NCBI GenBank assembly: GCA_963701665.1 | Contig: OY969622.1 | Span: forward strand, 864,001-928,000 | Direction of reading: 5' to 3' | Source of the DNA: Candidatus Babeliales bacterium | GTDB taxonomy: Bacteria > Babelota > Babeliae > Babelales > JANWKD01 | Length of the DNA stretch: 64,000 nucleotides | In this document: positions 63,578 to 64,000 of the stretch, piece by piece | Position numbering within the stretch: the first letter of the stretch is position 1 | Layout: each line of letters starts with the position of its first letter | Made by a program: the position numbers and the translations under genes | The notes under the pieces: generated by a model | Told to the model about the DNA's origin: nothing | Seen by the model: the letters and a program-made list of their open reading frames with translations, nothing else | Database searches by the model: none

Positions 63578-63904
63578 ATGATTAAAAAATTTACTGCGAT
63601 TTTGCTTTTACTATTTTTTACCCATTCCGCTATGGGTATGAAAAAATCTAACATCAGAAAGCGTTCACCTTTACGTGTTACATTTGCCGAGGAAGAAAAT
63701 AATCAGACTAAAAACGCCACTCCAATTTTCTTTTCTGAACCAAAAAAGAAAATTGAAAACGGCCCGTGTCCGCCGCTTTTTTGCATTTTTTGTTCAAATT
63801 GTATGGTGGCAGGAGCTTGCTCTCTTGCCTTAGCAGCTGTTGTATATTTTGCTGATCCAGAGGCTGTATCTCAACCATATGAATATGTTAATAAAACCAC
63901 ATAA
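63578..63904 (+). CDS. Small secreted protein with RVxF-like motif and Cys-rich TM
   Basis: Signal peptide followed by GMKK; RVTF; CPPLFCIFCSNC followed by hydrophobic helix. Confidence 0.55.
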   Translation: MIKKFTAILLLLFFTHSAMGMKKSNIRKRSPLRVTFAEEENNQTKNATPIFFSEPKKKIENGPCPPLFCIFCSNCMVAGACSLALAAVVYFADPEAVSQPYEYVNKTT

Positions 63905-64000
63905 TGCATCATTTATTCCAACATCGAAAATGTAGTCACAATTTTTGCATGAGGATGCAAATTCGCACGACCATATAATTTTTTTGTTGGCATTTTGACG

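Noticed and set aside
63913..64000. Open minus-strand frame at the window end (..KMPTKKLYGRANLHPHAKIVTTFSMLE*)
   Set aside because: Probably a gene 3' end, but too short to identify

Overview
AT-rich bacterial chromosomal segment with no rRNA, CRISPR, prophage or transposase. Housekeeping genes (lysS, sod, rapZ, ctpA, glmS, rpsI, dksA-like, tadA, gyrB, tilS, mpg, dnaJ, sufCB/sufD, HU, lepB x2, batABCDE, plsC, topA and 3 tRNAs) are interleaved with many orphan, signal-peptide-bearing genes, often in tandem paralog arrays. The overall pattern suggests a protist-associated intracellular bacterium such as Dependentiae/Babelota (TM6); this is inference, not a database result. Main observations: (1) a candidate effector-export signature, a signal peptide followed directly by Met(-Glu), in about 13 orphan proteins carrying eukaryote-like motifs (multiple UIMs, LRR, WD40-like, bipartite NLS, RVxF), in a window that also has two tandem signal peptidases and a split GspE/PilB ATPase; (2) a eukaryotic cPLA2/phospholipase B-type gene missed by the ORF track; (3) a second copy of the gyrB 3' end, differing only at synonymous sites and fused in frame to an accessory gene; (4) an M23 peptidase split at an A10 tract; (5) a family of palindromic GTCAT...ATGAC repeats; (6) a frameshifted toxin; (7) a suf operon interrupted by an accessory block. 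All functional calls come from motif recognition by eye.
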